Assembly: GCA_963825865.1 (NCBI GenBank) | Contig: CAWGVG010000026.1 | Location: forward strand, 160,001 to 224,000 | Direction: 5' to 3' | Origin: an uncultured Nitrososphaeraceae archaeon | GTDB taxonomy: Archaea; Thermoproteota; Nitrososphaeria; Nitrososphaerales; Nitrososphaeraceae | DNA: 64,000 nt | In this document: positions 59,196 to 64,000 of the stretch, one piece after another | How positions within the stretch are numbered: position 1 is the first letter of the stretch | Layout of the letters: each line of letters opens with the position of its first letter | Program-made: the position numbers and the translations under genes | The notes under the pieces: generated by a model | Told to the model about the DNA's origin: nothing | The model's database searches: none | Seen by the model: the letters and a program-made list of their open reading frames with translations, nothing else

Positions 59196-60384
59196 TAGGA
59201 GCAATATATTCTATTCTATTAGCGTAAATCGTATTGATTTGATCAAGACCAGGATCAATCCTCAAAGGGTTTTTAGCATTCATTATGTTATTATCATATA
59301 TTTTATTGGCAGAGGAATTGCTAACTAAAACAATACCCGATTTGCCATTTGAAACTGTATTGTTGTATATCTCATTATTGTGTGACCGAGAAACGTGAAT
59401 AGCCCTATTCTGATCATATATATAATTGTCCCTGGCAATAGAATTAGTCACATTTCTACTAAATGCTATTCCAGATCCTGTGTTATTGTAGACTACATTT
59501 TTTTCAAAAAGTATGTTATAGCAATCTTGCGAACAGATTATAGCTGTACCATTATTATTATATACAGTGTTATTTCTAATTACCATATCATGAGTTCCTG
59601 TATGTGGATCTATGCCATAATGACCCATATCATGAACTTTATTGTTTTCAATAACCATGCCTCCTACACCTACTGAATAAAAGCCAAAATATAGATGGTG
59701 TATATCATTATTTCTTATTACACTACCATGTCCTGCCAAATGATAATGAATTCCAGATGTTCCAGTACCCCATCCTCCTTCATACCCTAAATATGCAATC
59801 TCTGAGTTTGTAATATCTGTTGTACCTGTTGCTTCCTTTTCTACTCTAATATATGGCCTTGGAGCTCCTGGATGAGTTATTTTTCCAGAAGTTTCTCTTG
59901 AACCATAACTTTGACCATAATCATTTGTTTGTGGATTCCATGAAGTTACCTTTACCGAATCTATCTTCAGGCTACCAAATACTTCTATTGGATATGCAGT
60001 CGTTCCATCTGCTATTATTTTTAACCATGTAGTATCTTTGGAATCAACGATAAATGTGGCGTCATTAGCAATTGTGATCCCTGCATTTAGCAGCCAGACT
60101 CCGTCGGCTTGTTTGTCTAAAACACTATCATCGTTAAGCTGATTGTCTATATCACTTAGACTTGTTGATTTACATCCTATTGTAATTATTCTACCAGAAG
60201 AGTCATAGCTAATGCAGCTTTCATTAGAGGAAGTTGAATTAAGAGCATTAGACTCAGTGGTTATTGTCATCTCTTGTGCGACCGCAGGATCAATAAAAGC
60301 CAATAAAGTTAATGGAAGAAACGTAAATAAAACATATCTCAGAGGTGAAAAAAATGTTTTACTTTTCAAATGGACTGTTACCAT
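59196..60384 (-). CDS. Secreted right-handed parallel beta-helix protein (AlgG/NosD-like), 3' end interrupted by IS630
   Basis: Signal peptide; SEIAYLGY, YFGFYS, YGIDPHTG, repeated IxNNxVYNN. Confidence 0.85.
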
Positions 60385-60947
60385 AATTTATCACAGCAGA
60401 TAAATAAGATTTGCTCACTTGAAGAGAATCCTTTAGGTGTGCCCTGTAATTGAGTAAGCAATAAGGAGGCAGACTTTGTCAAATTATAACAATATGTCGG
60501 TATTACGTCAACAACAATCACAAAAGAGTAGGAAGAAGGTAAAAAAAAGGAATCAATTTTGTCTTAAACCATTTTCCCAAATATAATATCTTTCCAAGAG
60601 CAATATCTACGCAGGCTTTATCTAGAGCCACCAGTCACAATAGTCCATAAGAAAAACGAGATGTTGAGAGTTTATGAACAATCTGACTTTATTGATTGGA
60701 AAGTAATCTCTTTTCCGGCATTTAACAGAGAAATTTATTCATAATAATAGAATCAAGATTCATACACCTGATTTTATTTTCATCAACATGAACTCCGCCA
60801 CTTAGTAGATAAATTCTGCTTTCTCAAGAAGAAAATTTTAGCATAGTCTCAAATGATAACTGTTGTGAGAAATCATATTCGACATGAGATATTAAGCTAG
60901 GTTGGTCTACTATAAATTAAAAACACCTCTTTTCAGTGCGACTTTGG

Positions 60948-61615
60948 TTACTCTGTTTTATCATCTTCAAACGCCTTCGGGAAATATTTTCTTATGACTT
61001 TGTCCATATCAATTTTCAGGAAAGTATAGATAATGATAATAGTAATCGAAACGCTAACAATTATTGATATTATAATATTGAATGGGTCAATGTTATTATT
61101 ATTATTGTATGCAAACCTATCAATAAAGGGTTTACCTAAATAAACTGCTCCCCATATAACTATTTCATTTATAATGAGTTTACTTGCAAACGTAGAGATA
61201 ACAAATTTCCATGGACTGTATCTTGCAAGTCCTAAAGAGACATACACGATATCGTCTGGTATTGGTGTTATTGCAGCAATAATTGCGCCTTCCAACCGTA
61301 CCTACTAGCTAATTTTTGAAGAGGAATTATTTTTTTCTTAATAGGGCTTCCTCTTTTAAGAAAGATATTGTGTCCATAATATATTGAATAAAAAATTATG
61401 GTCTTTGCTATAATTATTCCAATAGCACTACATACTGCAATAAAGTTTGGATTTAGTTTTTTATCAAATACTGATATAACAAGAATAGGATATACGGGAA
61501 TTGGGACGAATATCAAGATATTTGTAATAAAGCTTACAAGCAGTATTCCAAAATATACAAACTGATTATCTAGTAATTCAAATGGTACTATAGCGTCCTC
61601 AATATTAAATGCCAA
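60948..61615 (-). CDS. DedA/VTT (SNARE-associated) membrane protein, frameshifted
   Basis: IFVPIPVYP, AAITPIPDDIVYVSLGLARYSPWKF. Confidence 0.8.
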
Positions 61616-62124
61616 CGATAATCATGACTACAGAGACTCTTAAGTAGATTCCGAGGTATTGTAGCATTAGTGCTAGGATCAATTCCAGATGATCTTCCTC
61701 ATAGAGGTATTCTTGAATTCATTATTGTTAAATCACACACAAGTGGAAATATCCGCACCATAAAGACTAACTATTTCCACTAGATCGACCAAAACCAAAT
61801 TCGTGCTCAAAATTAGTTCAAAACTATCATAGCTAAATGGAGATGGAGGAAATAGTGGAAATATTTTACTAACTCTTGTTGCGAGGAATAAGGAGTACAT
61901 TGGAAGCATTAGTAATAACTGGAAATTAAAAAATTGGGATTAAGACATTTTTACCACAGTAGCATAAGAAGCATCTGGCAGCGACATAGCAACATTTCAG
62001 TGCATTCTTCCAATTTAAATAACCTTAATCCATACAGGACAAATTGAATGTGATTCGCAATTACCAAAAAAAATATTATTATATTTTGAAGTGATGTACT
62101 ATATTAAAAATAAAAAAGATAATC

Positions 62125-64000
62125 ATGAATCCACAAACAAAACCTGCAGAAGTAAGAGTAGATTTTTCATTTAAGAGAGAAGTATTCTTCATCGTTGCTG
62201 GAGCCCTGATGGGTGCCATAGTTATGGCAATTCCCTTTACCTTTCCTTTTACAGGACGTGGTTCAGGATATGCGCTCACGTGGATAGTATTTGGGCACAT
62301 TGTTGGTGTATATTCGCCCATCTCATCGGTTATTATTGCTGGAATATTAATTCACATAGTAACTGGTATCTCAATTGGTATAATATCTGGAGTATTTTTG
62401 TATAAGACAAACATCTTGAATATAAGTAAACCATCAAATGGTTTACGCTATGGATTATTAGTTGGTACTCTTGTTTATTTGATTTTTGCTATTCCAGTAG
62501 GGCAATTTCTTCTAAATCCAGAATTTGGACATACTTTGTCAAACGGTGGTAATGTTGGTAAAAATAACAATAATAATAATAACGTTAATGTCAATAACAA
62601 CATAGCAGGCTATAAAGAAGAAGAAAAAAGTTCAACAGGACAAAGCGGAGGAGGAGGAGTAGAAAGAGGAAAACAGGTAGAAAAGACCTAACAACATGAC
62701 AACAACGTTCTCAAATATTCAATTGAATTCTACAATCTATTCTATTTCGATTAACCTGCTATTTGGAATTACATTAGGCCTATTTTCTTCCTTTTTGTCA
62801 ATAAAGTTCGGCTCCAGATATAGATGTCCTGCTTGCGATATATCATTTTCAAGAATTGACATTCTTCAGAGTCATTTAGAGCATGTCCATGGTGACAAGC
62901 CAATAAATAGAAAAAGAATAGTTGTTTTAGGAGGAGGATTTGCAGGAGTCAGCTGTATTAAGAAAACTGCAAACGAAATTTCAAACTAATGTAGGTATTG
63001 AGATTACAATGGTAAGTAAGGATAATTACATGCTATTTACACCCATGCTTCATGAAGTAGCATCAGGAATGATAGAAACAAGGCATATTGTGACACCTAT
63101 CAGAGCATTTTGTAATAGGTCACGATTCTATTCTGCCATAGTAGAAGATATAGACCTAAAAAATAAGAAAGTTATGATTAGATCCTCCACATCCACAAGT
63201 AAAACTGATAGATTAATAGAGGATCATATTTCGGAATTGAACAGCACTAGGTCTTTGTATTACGATTATCTTGTAATAGCGTTAGGAAGTGAAACAAAGT
63301 TTTTTGGAATGTCTGATGCACAACAAAATGCATTTACTATAAAGAGCTTAGATGATGCGATAAATCTTAGAAATCATATTATATATTTACTTGAACAATC
63401 AGACCAATTGCCTGACAACGATACCGCCACTACCAGTAATAATACTTACAAAGATCTTCGAAAAAAATTGTTAACTTTCGTTGTAGTAGGAGGAGGTTTT
63501 GCAGGAGTAGAAACAGCAGGCGAAATAAATGATTTCGTTAAGGATTCTGCAAAAGATTATTACCATAATATAGATTCAAACAACATAAGAACTATACTAA
63601 TACAATCTGGTGACAGACTATTACCAGAAATGAGTGCAGAATTAGCCGCGTTTGCGTTAGAGAAACTACGTAATAGCGGAGTTGAAGTTATTCTCGATAC
63701 TCGCATAGTGGGGGCCACATCAAATAGTGTAAAGTTAGGTAATGGTACTATAATACCAACAAGGACAATAGTTTGGTCTGGCGGTGTATCTCCTAATTCT
63801 CTAATCGCTAATCTGCCATGCCAGCATGATAAGAGTGGAAGAATAGTTGTCGATAAATATTTGGAAGTATCTCAGTTTAGAAATGTTTATGCACTTGGAG
63901 ATTGTGCTTATATAATAAATCCTAATACAGGTAAAATATACCCTACTACAGCACAACATGCTATAAGAGAAGGTTCTGTTGTAGCAAAAAACATCGTTGC
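62125..64000 (+). CDS. Membrane domain + C2H2 zinc finger + type II NADH dehydrogenase-like flavoprotein; frameshifted, runs off the window
   Basis: TM helices, CPACDISFSRIDILQSHLEHVH, then VVLGGGFAG, FTPMLHEVASG, YDYLVIALG, VVGGGFAGVE, YALGDCA, TAQHA. Confidence 0.85.

Overview
AT-rich archaeal chromosomal segment, most likely from a soil ammonia-oxidising archaeon (Nitrososphaeraceae). This is inferred from the thermosome, archaeal Hsp20, class V FBP aldolase/phosphatase, a thaumarchaeal-type crotonase fragment and Asn/Gln/Thr-rich inserts. About half of the genes are split by 1-bp indels, which looks like unpolished long-read error on top of some real decay (internal deletions, partial duplications, IS630/IS5 remnants). 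No rRNA, tRNA or CRISPR array was seen. Three main observations: (1) From ~21 to 64 kb lies a stress/dormancy island with several USP and CBS proteins, an APH-like kinase plus P-loop kinase pair, phosphoribosyltransferase, Hsp20, thermosome, a CBS-HPF hibernation-type protein, NDH-2, PhaC, ADP-forming acyl-CoA ligase, ADH, FBPase and type I GAPDH. Its family content parallels the mycobacterial DosR hypoxia regulon. (2) Several promoters in this island share a 5-bp-phased TGCA-N-TGCA-N-TGCA motif next to the TATA box, a candidate regulon operator. (3) A TetR-linked membrane protein carries two D-x3-H-x12-H motifs matching the spacing of both AmoC/PmoC copper sites. All family calls come from motif recognition by eye; no database searches were run.
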